DNA of 64,000 nt. Source: Elusimicrobiota bacterium (lineage in GTDB: Bacteria; Elusimicrobiota; Elusimicrobia; UBA1565). Below the pieces are notes generated by a model, which was not told the DNA's origin, did not search any database, and worked only from the letters and a program-made list of their open reading frames with translations. The position numbers and the translations under genes are program-made. How positions within the stretch are numbered: position 1 is the first letter of the stretch; each line of letters begins with the position of its first letter. This document shows positions 36,804 through 47,440 of the stretch, in pieces. Location: the NCBI GenBank assembly GCA_043827405.1, contig JBDRPD010000083.1, forward strand, positions 160,001 through 224,000, written 5' to 3'.

Positions 36804-39243
36804 GACCGGGCTGGAGCTGCGCATCGAGGGCATGACCTGCGCCTCCTGCGTTCGCCACGTCGAGCGGGCGCTGGCCGGGGTCGCCGGCGTGCGCACGGCC
36901 GAGGTCAACCTCGCGAGCGAGACCGCGCGCGTTACCGCCGACGGAGCGATGCCGCCGCTGGCGCTCTTCCGGGAAGCGGCGCGACGCGCGGGCTACCGTG
37001 CCGAGCTCAGCACCGGGCGGGGGGAGAATATCGCCCGCCGGGACGGCGAACGGGAGGCTCTGCGGCGCCGGCTGCTGACCGCCGCGGCCTTTACTATCCC
37101 CCTGTTTTTTCTCGCCATGACGGAGATGGCTGGTCTTCCTTTGCCGGGGGCTCTGCAGCCGGCGGCACACCCCCTGCGCTTCTCGCTGCTGCAGCTCATG
37201 CTCGTGCTGCCGGCGCTGTTTGCCGGACGGGCTTTCTACACCACGGGCTTGTCGCGTCTTTTTCGGCTCGATCCCAGCATGGATTCGCTCATCGCGGTCG
37301 GCACGGCCGCCGCCTTCATCTACAGCGCCTGGAATACCGGCTTGATCGCCGTCGGCCGTTACGAAATGGCCAGGCATCTGTACTATGAGACCGCCGGCAT
37401 GATCATCACCTTGATCCTGCTGGGCAAATACCTGGAGTCTCTCAGCAAGGGACGGGCCTCCGCCGCGGTAGCAAAGCTTATGGATATGAGCCCGCAGGCC
37501 GCGCGCATGATGCGGGACGGCGAGGAACGCGAGATTCCGCTGTCCGAGGTCGGCGTCGGCGACGAACTATTGGTGCGGCCGGGTGAACGGGTGCCCGTCG
37601 ACGGGGTGGTTCTGGAAGGCCGCACCAGCATCGACGAGTCCATGCTGACGGGTGAGCCGCTGCCGGCCGACAAGGAGCCGGGCGCCGCCGTCACCGGCGC
37701 TACCATCAACCAGCAGGGATTTTTCCGCATGCGGGCCGAGCGCGTGGGCGGCGCCACCGTGCTGGCGCAGATCGTGCGCATGGTGGAGGCCGCCCAAGGG
37801 AGCAAGGCGCCGATCGCGCGCATCGCGGATACGATATCCGGCTATTTCGTGCCGGCCGTCGTCGGCTTCGCGTTGGCCGCGGCCTTGGGCTGGTACGCCG
37901 TCGGCATGGCGGCTCCCTTCGTGCTCAAGATTTTTATCGCGGTGCTGATTATCGCCTGCCCTTGCGCGCTCGGTCTGGCCACTCCTACGGCGGTGATGGT
38001 CGGCACGGGGCGCGGGGCCTCGCTCGGGGTTTTGCTCAAGGGCGGAGAGGCTCTCGAGGCTGCCGGCCGCCTGGATACCATGGTATTCGACAAGACCGGG
38101 ACGATTACCTGCGGTCGGCCGTTGGTTACGGACGTCGTGGCGCTGGGCGCGCGTGATGAAGCGGAGCTGCTGGCGCTCGCTGCCGGCGCCGAGCGCGGTT
38201 CCGAGCATGTCTTGGGACAGGCGGTGCTTGCGGAGGCGCGGCGCCGGGGCGTCGAACCGGCCGCCGTCACGGATTTCCAGGCCTTGACCGGCTACGGAAT
38301 CGCTGCCGGAGATGTCCTGGTCGGCAGTGCTCGGCTTATGCGTGAGCGCGGAATCTTTACCGAGCCGCCGCTGGAGCATGCGCGGCTCGCCGCGGAAGGA
38401 AAGACCCCTATTTGCGTGGCGGTCGGCGGGAAGCTCGCGGGGCTGATCGCGGCGGCCGACGAGGTCAAGCCCGACAGCCGTGAAGCGGTCGCCGCGCTGC
38501 GCGCGCTGGGCATGGAAATCGTTATGCTCACCGGCGACGGCCGCAGCACCGCCGAGGCGGTCGCTAAAGAGGTCGGCATCGACCGGGTGTACGCCGAGAT
38601 ACTTCCCGGCGGCAAAGCCGATAAGGTCCGCGAGCTGCAGCGTGAGGGGCGCCGAGTCGGCATGGTCGGCGACGGCATAAACGACGCGCCGGCGCTGGCG
38701 CAGGCCGATGTGGGTATCGCCATGGGGTCGGGGACCGATATCGCCATAGAGTCGGCCGATATCGTGCTGATGCGCGAAAGCCTATGGGGCGCGGTCGACG
38801 CCGTCGCGCTGAGCCGCGCCGCGCTGCGCACGATAAAACAGAACCTGTTCTGGGCCTTGGCCTACAATGCCGTCTGTATTCCCATCGCGGCGGGCCTGCT
38901 GACCTTGTTCGGCGGTCCGGCGCTTAACCCGATGATCGCGGCGGCGGCCATGGCGCTGAGCTCGGTCTCGGTGGTGACCAACGCTTTAAGGCTGCGCGGC
39001 TTCGTGTCGTTACGACCGGCGGTCGGGAAACGGGGAGTGGATATGAAGAAACTTACCATAGACGGCATGACGTGCAAAAACTGCGTACGCCACGCTGTCG
39101 AGGCGCTGCAAGGCGTCGCGGGCGTGACCAAGGCCGAGGTCGATCTTGAAAGCAAGACCGCGACGGTCGAAGGCGATGTTCCCGAGCAGTTGCTGCGCGA
39201 GGCGGTGGAGAAAGCGGGCTACAAGGTTACCGGCGTCGAATAG
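36796..39243 (+). CDS. copA: Cu(I)-translocating P1B ATPase with N- and C-terminal HMA domains
   Basis: [44 protein letters not shown]-terminal GMTCKNC. Confidence 0.96.
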   Translation: MAETGLELRIEGMTCASCVRHVERALAGVAGVRTAEVNLASETARVTADGAMPPLALFREAARRAGYRAELSTGRGENIARRDGEREALRRRLLTAAAFTIPLFFLAMTEMAGLPLPGALQPAAHPLRFSLLQLMLVLPALFAGRAFYTTGLSRLFRLDPSMDSLIAVGTAAAFIYSAWNTGLIAVGRYEMARHLYYETAGMIITLILLGKYLESLSKGRASAAVAKLMDMSPQAARMMRDGEEREIPLSEVGVGDELLVRPGERVPVDGVVLEGRTSIDESMLTGEPLPADKEPGAAVTGATINQQGFFRMRAERVGGATVLAQIVRMVEAAQGSKAPIARIADTISGYFVPAVVGFALAAALGWYAVGMAAPFVLKIFIAVLIIACPCALGLATPTAVMVGTGRGASLGVLLKGGEALEAAGRLDTMVFDKTGTITCGRPLVTDVVALGARDEAELLALAAGAERGSEHVLGQAVLAEARRRGVEPAAVTDFQALTGYGIAAGDVLVGSARLMRERGIFTEPPLEHARLAAEGKTPICVAVGGKLAGLIAAADEVKPDSREAVAALRALGMEIVMLTGDGRSTAEAVAKEVGIDRVYAEILPGGKADKVRELQREGRRVGMVGDGINDAPALAQADVGIAMGSGTDIAIESADIVLMRESLWGAVDAVALSRAALRTIKQNLFWALAYNAVCIPIAAGLLTLFGGPALNPMIAAAAMALSSVSVVTNALRLRGFVSLRPAVGKRGVDMKKLTIDGMTCKNCVRHAVEALQGVAGVTKAEVDLESKTATVEGDVPEQLLREAVEKAGYKVTGVE

Positions 39244-39244
39244 C

Positions 39245-39823
39245 TCAGCCCAGCTGCGCCGCCGCGAATTTCCAGTTCACCAGCTTCCAGAACGCCTCAA
39301 GGTACTTGGGGCGGGCGTTGCGGTAGTCGATATAGTAGGCATGCTCCCATACGTCGCAGGTCAATAGCGGCGTTTTCCCAGCGGTCAGCGGATTGCCGGC
39401 GTTCTGGGTGCTGAGTATCTCCAGCGTCCCGTCGGCATTCTTCACCAGCCAGGCCCAGCCCGAGCCGAAAGTCGTGGCGGCTGTTTGGGTGAAGGCTTCC
39501 TGGAACTTGGCAAAGGATCCGAAGTCGTTCTCGATTGCCTCCGCCAGCGCGCCGGTCGGGGCGCCGCCGCCCTGGGGGCTGAGGCAGTTCCAGTAGAAGG
39601 TGTGGTTGTAGACCTGGGCGGCGTTGTTGAATAGGCCGCCTTTCGCTTTGCGGATGATGTCTTCGAGCGCGGCGTCGGCGAACTCGGTGCCCTCAATCAG
39701 CTTGTTGAGGTTGGCGACATAGGCGTTGTGGTGCTTGCCGTAGTGAAAATCCAGAGTCTCGGCCGAGATATACGGCGCCAAGGCGTCCTTCGCGTAGGGA
39801 AGATCGGGCAGGGTATGGGTCAT
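39245..39823 (-). CDS. sodB: Fe superoxide dismutase
   Basis: [39 protein letters not shown]. Confidence 0.95.
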   Translation of the reverse strand: MTHTLPDLPYAKDALAPYISAETLDFHYGKHHNAYVANLNKLIEGTEFADAALEDIIRKAKGGLFNNAAQVYNHTFYWNCLSPQGGGAPTGALAEAIENDFGSFAKFQEAFTQTAATTFGSGWAWLVKNADGTLEILSTQNAGNPLTAGKTPLLTCDVWEHAYYIDYRNARPKYLEAFWKLVNWKFAAAQLG

Positions 39824-39873
39824 GGTGCGCTCCTTTTTGGTTTCGGTTTTATGGTAGCAAAAGCCGCCGCTCC

Positions 39874-41352
39874 TCACTCCATGGCGGCGATGATTTCAGC
39901 CATGGCAATGACGGCGAATCCGGTCACGCGGTCCGATATGCCGTAGGGCAGGATCAATTGGTCGCCGTATAGCAGCGCGCCGCAGGTATAGAGGACATTG
40001 GGAACATAGCCTTTCCGTTCGGCTCCTTCGGGTGCCATCAGGGGCCGGCGCAGCCGGCCGATCACCTTGGAAGGATCGTCGCGGTCCAGCAAAAAAGCGC
40101 CGAGGCAGTACTTCCGCATGGGCCCCACCCCGTGACTCAGCACCAGCCAGCCCGCATCCGTCTCGATGGGAGACCCGCAGTTTCCCAGCTTCACGAACTC
40201 CCAGGGGTGAGCGGGCGAGATGATGCGCCGGGACTTGTTCCAAAAATGCACGTTGTCGGAGTACATCAGGGAAATGTTCTCGCCGTCCTGGCGGGAGAGC
40301 ATGGCGAATCGGCCGTTTATCCGGCGCGGGAAGAGGGCCATCCCCTTGTCCTGCACCCCGGGGCCGTTGAGCGTGGCGAACTTGAAGTGCCGGAAGTCCT
40401 TCGTCGCAAAGAGCTGCGGAAGCACGTTGCGGCCGTCGTAGGCGGTATAGGTGGCGTAATAGATCGTTTTTCCGTCGTCGTCTCGATGCGCGGTCAGACG
40501 CACGTCCTCGAGGCCGTTGCTTTGGATGGGCGTGACGGGAAAGATGATCCTTTCGGAGAGCTCCTGGCCCGCGGGAAACCGGATGTCGTAGTTGGACTGC
40601 GCCAAAAGCCACAGGCCCTTGGCGGTGTCGTTGTCCATTATTTTTTGGCCGGGGGCCGTTTCGCGCAGGATTTCGTTGAGGCGGCGCTTGAGCTCTTTGA
40701 GGGTGAAAAAGTCTCCCAGGCGGTCCAGCACTCGCTCCACCCATTCGCCGGCCAGGCCCATTTCCGCGACTTTCCGTCCGAAGAGCGCTTTGTGATAAGT
40801 CGAGTTTTCAATGACCTCGGGCGTGGTTAGATACCGCGATGCCGGGTCAACGGAAATGCTGGTGTGCGCGTCAATGACGCCGCTGCGGAAAGAGATGGAA
40901 GATATATGGCCCTCACCCGTCGACCGCAAGCTCAGCAGGAAGCGCAGGCTCCCCCGCGGCAGCTTCGATTGGTCGGGATGGGGAATGATGGACGGATTGA
41001 AGAGCGCCGCGGACTCGGCCGAGTATTCGAACATGAAGTAGGAGCCGATCAGCAGCTTGCGCGCCGGCGAAATGCCGCCGCCCGGGGGCAGATGACGCTC
41101 CAGGTGGTGAAACCTCGCCAGCAGGCGCTTGCTCAGCAGCCGGTGGCGGGAGGAAAACTCCTCGAGGACCTGATCCAGCAGGCGCTCGACGTCGTCCTCC
41201 GGCAGCGCCAGCGCGCGGCGAATTATTTTGTCGTACTCCATGTCGGAGGCGAGCCCCAGCGGCCGCAGGACCACCCGGCTTTGGTCCGGGGACAGCTGGA
41301 TATCCGTCCGGCGGACGTCGATGGGCTTGGGTTCGCGCGCGGGGCGTTTCAT
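39874..41352 (-). CDS. GH130-family glycosidase/phosphorylase
   Basis: [42 protein letters not shown]. Confidence 0.88.
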   Translation of the reverse strand: MKRPAREPKPIDVRRTDIQLSPDQSRVVLRPLGLASDMEYDKIIRRALALPEDDVERLLDQVLEEFSSRHRLLSKRLLARFHHLERHLPPGGGISPARKLLIGSYFMFEYSAESAALFNPSIIPHPDQSKLPRGSLRFLLSLRSTGEGHISSISFRSGVIDAHTSISVDPASRYLTTPEVIENSTYHKALFGRKVAEMGLAGEWVERVLDRLGDFFTLKELKRRLNEILRETAPGQKIMDNDTAKGLWLLAQSNYDIRFPAGQELSERIIFPVTPIQSNGLEDVRLTAHRDDDGKTIYYATYTAYDGRNVLPQLFATKDFRHFKFATLNGPGVQDKGMALFPRRINGRFAMLSRQDGENISLMYSDNVHFWNKSRRIISPAHPWEFVKLGNCGSPIETDAGWLVLSHGVGPMRKYCLGAFLLDRDDPSKVIGRLRRPLMAPEGAERKGYVPNVLYTCGALLYGDQLILPYGISDRVTGFAVIAMAEIIAAME

Positions 41353-43634
41353 TTAACAGGGTGGGGGTTTTTAAAGGCGGCCAGTTCGTTGTGCGCCCGC
41401 TGCATCTCCGCCAGCGAGACAAGGAACGCCAAGGTGGATTCCGCTCCTTGGTTCTGGTTCGCGCGGTCCACATGCAGGCCGTCCCGGCAGCCGCCGGTGT
41501 TGGGATCGTAGAGAAAGAGGCCCAAATCGTTTCGTCCTAAAAACCAGTCGAAGGCGCGGCGCGCCTGGCTGAACCAATATTCATCCGCGGTGCACCGGTA
41601 AGCCTCCAGGCAGGCGGACACCATGGTCTGCGCCTCGATGGGCTGCTGGTCGAAATTCGCCCGCTCGCCGCCGCGCTCATAAAAACCGTTGGAGCCGATG
41701 GGACGGAGATAGCCCCCTTCGGCGGTCTGGATTTCGGTGAGCCAGCGCAGGCTTTTCAAGCCGACCTCGAGCACGTCGGCACGGGAGGTTTCCTTGCCGC
41801 TGATAATCAGCGCGTGGGGAAGCCCGGCGTTCATGTAGGTCACCGAGTCCTCGAACCAGGGCCACTCGGGGGTGGCGGTGCGATGGTAGAGGCCCAGCAA
41901 AAGGTCGGTGAGAGTGTCCCGCACTTGGCTTACCTGCCGGTCTCCGTTGAGACGCCGCAGGTATTCGTGGGCGCCGATCAGGGCCAGCGCCCATGCCCGG
42001 GGGGAGCTGAATTCCGTCACCGGAGTGAGCGCCCGCGGGAAAATATGTCCCGCGAGGGCTTGAAAGCCGGGATTTTTCGAGCGGCCGACGCAGGTCCCCA
42101 GGGCCATCAGCGCGCGGCCGCAGCAGTCCTCGGATACGGCTTCGTCTTCCCACGACCGGTTGAATCCCATGAAGTTCCGAAAACGCTTCAGCTTCGGGTC
42201 GAAGGCGTATTGCAGGAAGGCGGCATAGGTGGTGGCGGCGTTCAAGAGCGGGGGCGAATCTTCCCCCAGCTCATCGAGAAGAACCGATAAAATCAGGGCG
42301 CGGGCATTGTCGTCGGTGCAGTAGCCGGTGTGAAAGTTCGGTACCGCCGCGATGGCGTGCTGAAAGATGCCCGTGGAGTCGGTCATCCGGTAAAGGTGAT
42401 CGAGCTTCATTTCGGGCAGGCCCGTGAGCTGCTTGTCGAGCGTCTTCACGGTGAAAAGCTTCCGGGCCAGGCCGGCCCGTTCATTGCGGGCCTGCTCGAA
42501 AACCTGCATGTAGGCGCAGGCCGCGTTGCCCCATACCATTTCCCGTCCCATTTTGTAGGCGTTCTTGCGCATGGCGTTGCGCCGGACATCGTCGGTCAAC
42601 AGCCCCAACACCTCCCGCGCGATGGCATCCGGGTCGTTGAAGGGAACCAATACCCCGCGGTTGTCGGCCAACAGCTCCTGGGCGTGCCAGTAGGGGGTGG
42701 ACACCACCGCCTTGCCCGCGCCGAAGCAATAGGCCAGCGTCCCGGATACGATCTGGGCTTCGTTTAAATAGGGAGTGATGTAGATGTCGGCGGCGCCGAT
42801 GAACTCCTTGAGCTCGGTCAGCTCCACGAAGCGGTTGTAAAAGATCACGTTCTTCTTTACGCCGTTCTTCTCGGCCAGCAGCTCCAGGCTTAGACGGTAA
42901 GACTCACCCGCCTCCCGTCGGAGGTGCGGATGGGTGGCCCCTAAAATGATGTAAACCACGTCGGGGCGCTCCGCTACGATTTTGGGCAGGGCGTTAAGCA
43001 CGTGCTCGATGCCCTTGTTGGGAGAGAGCAGGCCGAAGGTCAGCAGCACCTGCTTGCCCTCCACGCCGAAGAGATCCTTGTAGTAGCTGGAATCCACGAA
43101 CGAGGTCTCCGGGATGCCGTGGGGAATTATGTCTATCTTGGCGGCGGGGGCCTGGTGAACATCGCGCAGGAACTCCGCCGCCTTATGGGACATCACCACC
43201 GTGCGGGTGGAGAGCTGGATCAGCTCCTGCATCACCCGCTTCTGCTCGGCGCTGGGCGTTTTAAGCACGGTATGGAGCGTGGTGACGATGGGCAGCTCCA
43301 CCTCGCGCAGCAGCGCCAGCAGGTGCCCGCCCGAAGGCCCTCCGTAAATGCCGTACTCGTGCTGGACGCAGAGCACGTCCACATTGCTGATGCCCAGGAA
43401 ATCCGCCGCCCGCCCGTACGACGCCAAATTCTGCTCCTCGATTTCAAAGCGGACCTCGTGGGGGTAGTCGTAGCCTCCCTTGACGTCGTTTATGGGCACG
43501 GCGAAGCACTGTACTTTCGGGAATTGGGCCGTGACGGAGGTGCATAGATCCGTGGTGAAGGTGGCGATGCCGCAAAGCCGCGGCAGGTAGTTGCCTAAAA
43601 AGGCGATCTTGCGGATTTCGCAGCGGGGCGTCAT
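41349..43634 (-). CDS. GT4 glycosyltransferase fused to a C-terminal helical domain
   Basis: PRLCGIATFT, QHEYGIYG, FGLLSPNKGIE, SGTLAY; C-terminal GYCTDDNAR, FDQQPIE, NQGAEST. Confidence 0.9.
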   Translation of the reverse strand: MTPRCEIRKIAFLGNYLPRLCGIATFTTDLCTSVTAQFPKVQCFAVPINDVKGGYDYPHEVRFEIEEQNLASYGRAADFLGISNVDVLCVQHEYGIYGGPSGGHLLALLREVELPIVTTLHTVLKTPSAEQKRVMQELIQLSTRTVVMSHKAAEFLRDVHQAPAAKIDIIPHGIPETSFVDSSYYKDLFGVEGKQVLLTFGLLSPNKGIEHVLNALPKIVAERPDVVYIILGATHPHLRREAGESYRLSLELLAEKNGVKKNVIFYNRFVELTELKEFIGAADIYITPYLNEAQIVSGTLAYCFGAGKAVVSTPYWHAQELLADNRGVLVPFNDPDAIAREVLGLLTDDVRRNAMRKNAYKMGREMVWGNAACAYMQVFEQARNERAGLARKLFTVKTLDKQLTGLPEMKLDHLYRMTDSTGIFQHAIAAVPNFHTGYCTDDNARALILSVLLDELGEDSPPLLNAATTYAAFLQYAFDPKLKRFRNFMGFNRSWEDEAVSEDCCGRALMALGTCVGRSKNPGFQALAGHIFPRALTPVTEFSSPRAWALALIGAHEYLRRLNGDRQVSQVRDTLTDLLLGLYHRTATPEWPWFEDSVTYMNAGLPHALIISGKETSRADVLEVGLKSLRWLTEIQTAEGGYLRPIGSNGFYERGGERANFDQQPIEAQTMVSACLEAYRCTADEYWFSQARRAFDWFLGRNDLGLFLYDPNTGGCRDGLHVDRANQNQGAESTLAFLVSLAEMQRAHNELAAFKNPHPVK

Positions 43635-43684
43635 TGCGTGTTCTCGTGCTCGGCCATGAACTTCAAGGGGCGGGTGCTCACGGG

Positions 43685-44437
43685 CTAATTCTTGCCGTCG
43701 GCGAACTTATTAAGCACGCTTAAGAAATCCAGCGGTATGGGGAAGATCACCGTCGAGTTCTTGTCGACCGAGATCTCGGTCAGGGTCTGCAGGTAGCGCA
43801 GCTGGATGCCGGCCGGGTTCTTCGAAAGCACGGCCGCGGCCTGGGTCAGCTTCTCGGAGGCCTGCAGCTCGCCCTCGGCATGGATGATCTTGGCCCGCCG
43901 CTCGCGCTCCGCCTCGGCCTGCTTGGCCATGGAGCGCTGCATGGTTTCGGGCAGGTCCACATCCTTGACTTCGACCTTGCTGACCTTCACTCCCCATGGA
44001 TCGGTGTCCGTATCGAGGATCTTCTGCAGTTCCATGTTGATCTTGTCGCGATTGCTGAGCAGGTCGTCGAGCTCCATCTTGCCCAGCACCCCGCGCAGGG
44101 TCGTCTGCGCCAGCTGGCTGGTGGCGTAGTAGTAGTCTTCGACCTCGATGACGGCCTTTTCCGCCGCCATGACCCGGTAGTAGACCACGGCATTGACCTT
44201 CACCGTGACGTTGTCGCGCGTGATGACGTCCTGCGGCGGGACGTCGAGCACTATGGTGCGCAGGCTGATGCGGGTCATCTGCTGGATGCCGGGGATGACG
44301 ATGATCAGGCCCGGCCCCTTGACGCCTGAGTAGCGCCCCAAAGTGAAGATGACCCCGCGCTCGTACTCCTGGAGTATTTTGATCGCGCTGAAGAGCACGA
44401 CGACCAGGATGACGACAATAGGAACAAATCCAATCAT
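43685..44437 (-). CDS. Slipin/stomatin-family SPFH protein
   Basis: [43 protein letters not shown]. Confidence 0.95.
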   Translation of the reverse strand: MIGFVPIVVILVVVLFSAIKILQEYERGVIFTLGRYSGVKGPGLIIVIPGIQQMTRISLRTIVLDVPPQDVITRDNVTVKVNAVVYYRVMAAEKAVIEVEDYYYATSQLAQTTLRGVLGKMELDDLLSNRDKINMELQKILDTDTDPWGVKVSKVEVKDVDLPETMQRSMAKQAEAERERRAKIIHAEGELQASEKLTQAAAVLSKNPAGIQLRYLQTLTEISVDKNSTVIFPIPLDFLSVLNKFADGKN

Positions 44438-45045
44438 TGTTTCTCCTCCTTCCTGCGTGGCGGCAGCTTCCTTTGGTCGGCCGATATCTTAACATCCTTT
44501 TTATGCGCCTCGCGTCCGGCTCGCCCCCGCGCCGCCTCGGCGAGCACTTTGTCGATCTTTGCGGTCTCTTTAGGCAGCAGGCGCCGCGCCAGCGCGATCC
44601 ACTCCGGGACGCTATCGGCCAGCGCCCTGTCGTCGCCCCGGTTCTTGACCCCGGCGCCGTCGTGATCCGCGAGGGTGAGCTGGTATATCCTGGCGATAAG
44701 GTAGGCGTCGTCGAGGTACCTGAAGAGCCCCGAGCTGTTTGCGGGCAAAAAGTCGATGGGGTCATAGAGGTAGGCCAGGGCGAATCGCTGCATACGGATG
44801 ACGCGCGCGGGCAGGCCCGACTGGTCGCCCCAGCGGCGTACTTGGGCGATCATGGGGGGCATGGCCAGGATCATCCGGCGCAGCGGCTGGCCGTAGCGCG
44901 CCGCCTCGCGCGGCCCCGTCAGCTGCCGGATGGTCGAAGCGAAATGGTTCCTTGGGTCCGCGGCCAGCAGCTTCAGCTGCTGGCCTAGAGCTCTCAGCAT
45001 CCGGGAGCCGCGTAAACGACGTTCGCCGGGCAATTCATAACCCAT
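44434..45045 (-). CDS. YkvA/DUF1232-like protein
   Basis: [13 protein letters not shown]...YLDD motif. Start uncertain (45045 or 45000). Confidence 0.65.
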   Translation of the reverse strand: MGYELPGERRLRGSRMLRALGQQLKLLAADPRNHFASTIRQLTGPREAARYGQPLRRMILAMPPMIAQVRRWGDQSGLPARVIRMQRFALAYLYDPIDFLPANSSGLFRYLDDAYLIARIYQLTLADHDGAGVKNRGDDRALADSVPEWIALARRLLPKETAKIDKVLAEAARGRAGREAHKKDVKISADQRKLPPRRKEEKQ

Positions 45046-45109
45046 AGCATACACCCTATGCCGAATGTTATAAACTAGATAATTCGAAGGGATACCTTTC
45101 AGAAAACTT

Positions 45110-46015
45110 ATGATTCCACTCAACTACCACCACCTGTATTACTTCTACAGCGTCGCGCGGGCGGGCAGCATCGCGCAGGCCTGCAAGACCCTGCTCCTGT
45201 CGCAGCCGGCTATCAGTACGCAGCTCGGGCAGCTGGAACGCGCGCTGGGCACCCCGCTGTTCGAGCGCAAGCAGCGGAAGCTTTTCCTGACCGAAGAGGG
45301 CCGGTTTGTCCTCGATTACGCCGAGAGCATTTTCGAGATGGGCCAGGAGCTTCAGGACAACCTGAAGGATCATTCCCGGGTCGAAAAGGCCTCCATTCGT
45401 ATGGGCATTCTCAGCGGAACGGCGCGCGCCTTCGGCCACGCCCTGGTCGAAAATGTTCTGAACCAATTCCCATTAGCGTATGTCAGCGTGCGGGAGGGCG
45501 AGCTGGAAGTCCTTCTTTCCGAGCTGAAGGATCAGCGGGTCGACATCCTGCTGACCTCGGTGAGCGTCCACGGCCGCGGCCAAGGGAAGTTCCTCAACCG
45601 TCTGGTGGGGACGGTCCCCATCGTTTTTGCGGCCGCTCCCGCCGTCGCGCGGCGCTACCGGCGCATCCCCCGCGACCTCAACGGCGCTCCGTTCATCCTT
45701 CCGCTCAAGCCCAGCCATGTCTATTATCAGATCCTGGACCGCTTGGCGCAGTGGAAGGTCGAGCCGCATACGATCGTCGAGGTCCAGGACGCCGACCTGG
45801 CGCGCCGGCTGGCGATTTCGGGACGAGGCGTCGCCCCGCTCAACGCCTATACGGTCGCGTACAGCACGCCTTCCAAGGCGCTGACTATTTTGGGAGCCAA
45901 GAAAACGCTGGGTTTTAGCGAATCAGTCTATCTGGTGACGAGAAAGCGCAAGTGGCTCAATCCCGTGGTCGCGCACCTGCTGAAGAATTTCCGCCTGCCG
46001 AAAATGGGCCGGTAA
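45110..46015 (+). CDS. nhaR: LysR-family regulator, NhaR-like
   Basis: LNYHHLYYF..VAR.GSI..A...L.LSQPAIS.Q..QLE, LTEEGR.V..YAE.IF..GQEL. Confidence 0.8.
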   Translation: MIPLNYHHLYYFYSVARAGSIAQACKTLLLSQPAISTQLGQLERALGTPLFERKQRKLFLTEEGRFVLDYAESIFEMGQELQDNLKDHSRVEKASIRMGILSGTARAFGHALVENVLNQFPLAYVSVREGELEVLLSELKDQRVDILLTSVSVHGRGQGKFLNRLVGTVPIVFAAAPAVARRYRRIPRDLNGAPFILPLKPSHVYYQILDRLAQWKVEPHTIVEVQDADLARRLAISGRGVAPLNAYTVAYSTPSKALTILGAKKTLGFSESVYLVTRKRKWLNPVVAHLLKNFRLPKMGR

Positions 46016-46024
46016 CTCCGGCCG

Positions 46025-46074
46025 AAAAAACCACTCCCCCTCAAGTCCCGAGAGCGGAACTGGAGGGGGAGTGG
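46025..46074 (-). terminator. Terminator of tRNA-Asp
   Basis: Minus strand CCACTCCCCCTC...GAGGGGGAGTGG followed by T6. Confidence 0.8.
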
Positions 46075-46146
46075 CGGTCCCAAGGAGAATTGAACTCCTG
46101 TTTCGGCCTTGACAGGGCCGCGTCATAACCATTAGACCATGGGACC
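46072..46146 (-). tRNA. tRNA-Asp(GTC)
   Basis: GGTCCCATGGTCTAATGG...CT-GTC-AA...GTTCAATTC...GGGACCG-CCA cloverleaf. Extended -10 TGCTATAAT at 46160-46168. Confidence 0.97.
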
Positions 46147-46193
46147 AGTGCGACGAACGATTATAGCAAATGGAAAAGAGCGCTCCGTAAAAC

Positions 46194-46230
46194 AAAAAGC
46201 GCCCTTGGGGGTGGACCCCCAAGGGGCGCT
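46194..46230 (-). terminator. Intrinsic terminator after the small ORF
   Basis: Minus strand AGCGCCCCTTGGGGG-TCCA-CCCCCAAGGGCGC-TTTTT. Confidence 0.85.
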
Positions 46231-46253
46231 GCAAGCCGGCGAACGGTGGACGC

Positions 46254-46412
46254 CTACTTCACCATGTCCAAGAGCGAGTTAAAATCAACCTTGCTCTCGG
46301 TGAAGAGTTGCTCGAGGACGTCCATCTCGGGATCGATCGCCCCGTTCGTCGCGGAACTCTTCTTGCCGTTCTTTGCGGGCTTCTTTTTTGCCGTCTTTTT
46401 CTTCTTCGCCAT
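46254..46412 (-). CDS. 52-aa small protein with basic N-terminus and acidic C-terminus (not in the ORF track)
   Basis: MAKKKKTAKKKPAKNGKKSSATNGAIDPEMDVLEQLFTESKVDFNSLLDMVK*; TATACT upstream and its own terminator. Confidence 0.7.
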   Translation of the reverse strand: MAKKKKTAKKKPAKNGKKSSATNGAIDPEMDVLEQLFTESKVDFNSLLDMVK

Positions 46413-46533
46413 CTCTCTAAAAGTATAAAGGGTTCAGGTAAATCGCGCCAGAGGGAAATTTGCCGCGCGCGAAGAATTTACTTTTGCGTCTTGACAAGGG
46501 TAGGGGAAGAGTTTTCTGGGGCGGGAAAGAGGT

Positions 46534-46605
46534 TGGGCAGTACAGGGCTCGAACCTGTGACCCCCTCCGTGTAAAGGAGGTGCTCTACCGCTGAGCTAAC
46601 TGCCC
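46534..46605 (-). tRNA. tRNA-Val(TAC), CCA not encoded
   Basis: GGGCAGTTAGCTCAGCGGTAGAGC-ACCTCC-TT-TAC-AC-GGAGG...GTTCGAGCC...ACTGCCCA cloverleaf. Confidence 0.96.
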
Positions 46606-46858
46606 GAAATTTTACCACTGCCCCCTCGCTGCGCTCGGGGGCGATGTGCTCGGCGACGCTGGCGCCCGGCTTCGCCGGGCTTGCTTACGCCTGCGCGCAT
46701 CGAGCTAACTGCCCGAAATTTTACTACTGCCCCCTCGCTGCGCTCGGGGGCGATGTGCTCGGCGACGCTGGCGCCCGGCTTCGCCGGGCTTGCTTACGCC
46801 TGCGCGCATCGAGCTAACTGCCCGAAATTTTACCACTGCCCCCTCGCTGCGCTCGGGG
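46593..46858. repeat. 109-bp tandem repeat (about 2.4 copies) containing two hairpins and the first 13 nt of tRNA-Val
   Basis: GAGCTAACTGCCCGAAATTTTAC recurs at 46593, 46702 and 46811; one mismatch seen in copy 2. Confidence 0.95.
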
Positions 46859-46874
46859 TTTTATTTTACCAAGA

Positions 46875-47435
46875 TTATGTCGCCGGCTTCAGCCGGCGAT
46901 AGAGGCGTTTGCCGATAAACAGAAACAGGCAGAGCACCACAACGGCGGCGATCACGGGGATGAAAATCGCCAACGCGGAAAGAATTATTGAGGCTGCCGC
47001 TTCTATGGTTGCGATGATCGGGTTCCCCAGGCCGGCGGTGGTAATGGCGGACCCCGCACGCGAGCTGGCCGTAAGAGCTTGAACGGCGGCCGCCGCTCCG
47101 CCGCCCGCGATAAGCGCCAGCGACCACTTCAGCCACGGCTGCAGATCTCCCACCGCGCCGGCGGTAACGATAGTCCCGGCCAGCACCGCGGCGGGAGAGG
47201 CTATCGTGTCGAGCAGATTATCAAGCCACGGGATGTAGAAGCTGATGATTTCCACTAGGGTCGCGGCGCCCAGGCAGATGAGCGCGGCGTCGCCGCTCAG
47301 CCACGCGAAACCGGAAGTCAGCTCCAGGGCTCCCGTGCGCGCGGCTATCCCCATAACCAGCATCGGGACAAAGACGCGAAAGCCGCATGCTGCCGCCAGC
47401 CCTATTCCGGTCAGGATTCCCAGTACCGCTTCCAT
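46875..47435 (-). CDS. DUF4126-family membrane protein
   Basis: GIGLAAACGFRVFVP, YIPWLDNLLDTIA.P, TAGLGNP...TIE. Confidence 0.88.
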   Translation of the reverse strand: MEAVLGILTGIGLAAACGFRVFVPMLVMGIAARTGALELTSGFAWLSGDAALICLGAATLVEIISFYIPWLDNLLDTIASPAAVLAGTIVTAGAVGDLQPWLKWSLALIAGGGAAAAVQALTASSRAGSAITTAGLGNPIIATIEAAASIILSALAIFIPVIAAVVVLCLFLFIGKRLYRRLKPAT

Positions 47436-47440
47436 CCCGC

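Noticed and set aside
39874..46146. Genomic island integrated at tRNA-Asp or tRNA-Val
   Set aside because: No integrase, and I saw no duplicated tRNA 3' end (att site) by eye; a terminator directly follows tRNA-Asp.
46593..46858. CRISPR array (three 48-bp repeats with about 61-bp spacers)
   Set aside because: The spacers are identical, the repeat includes tRNA sequence, and no cas genes are present.
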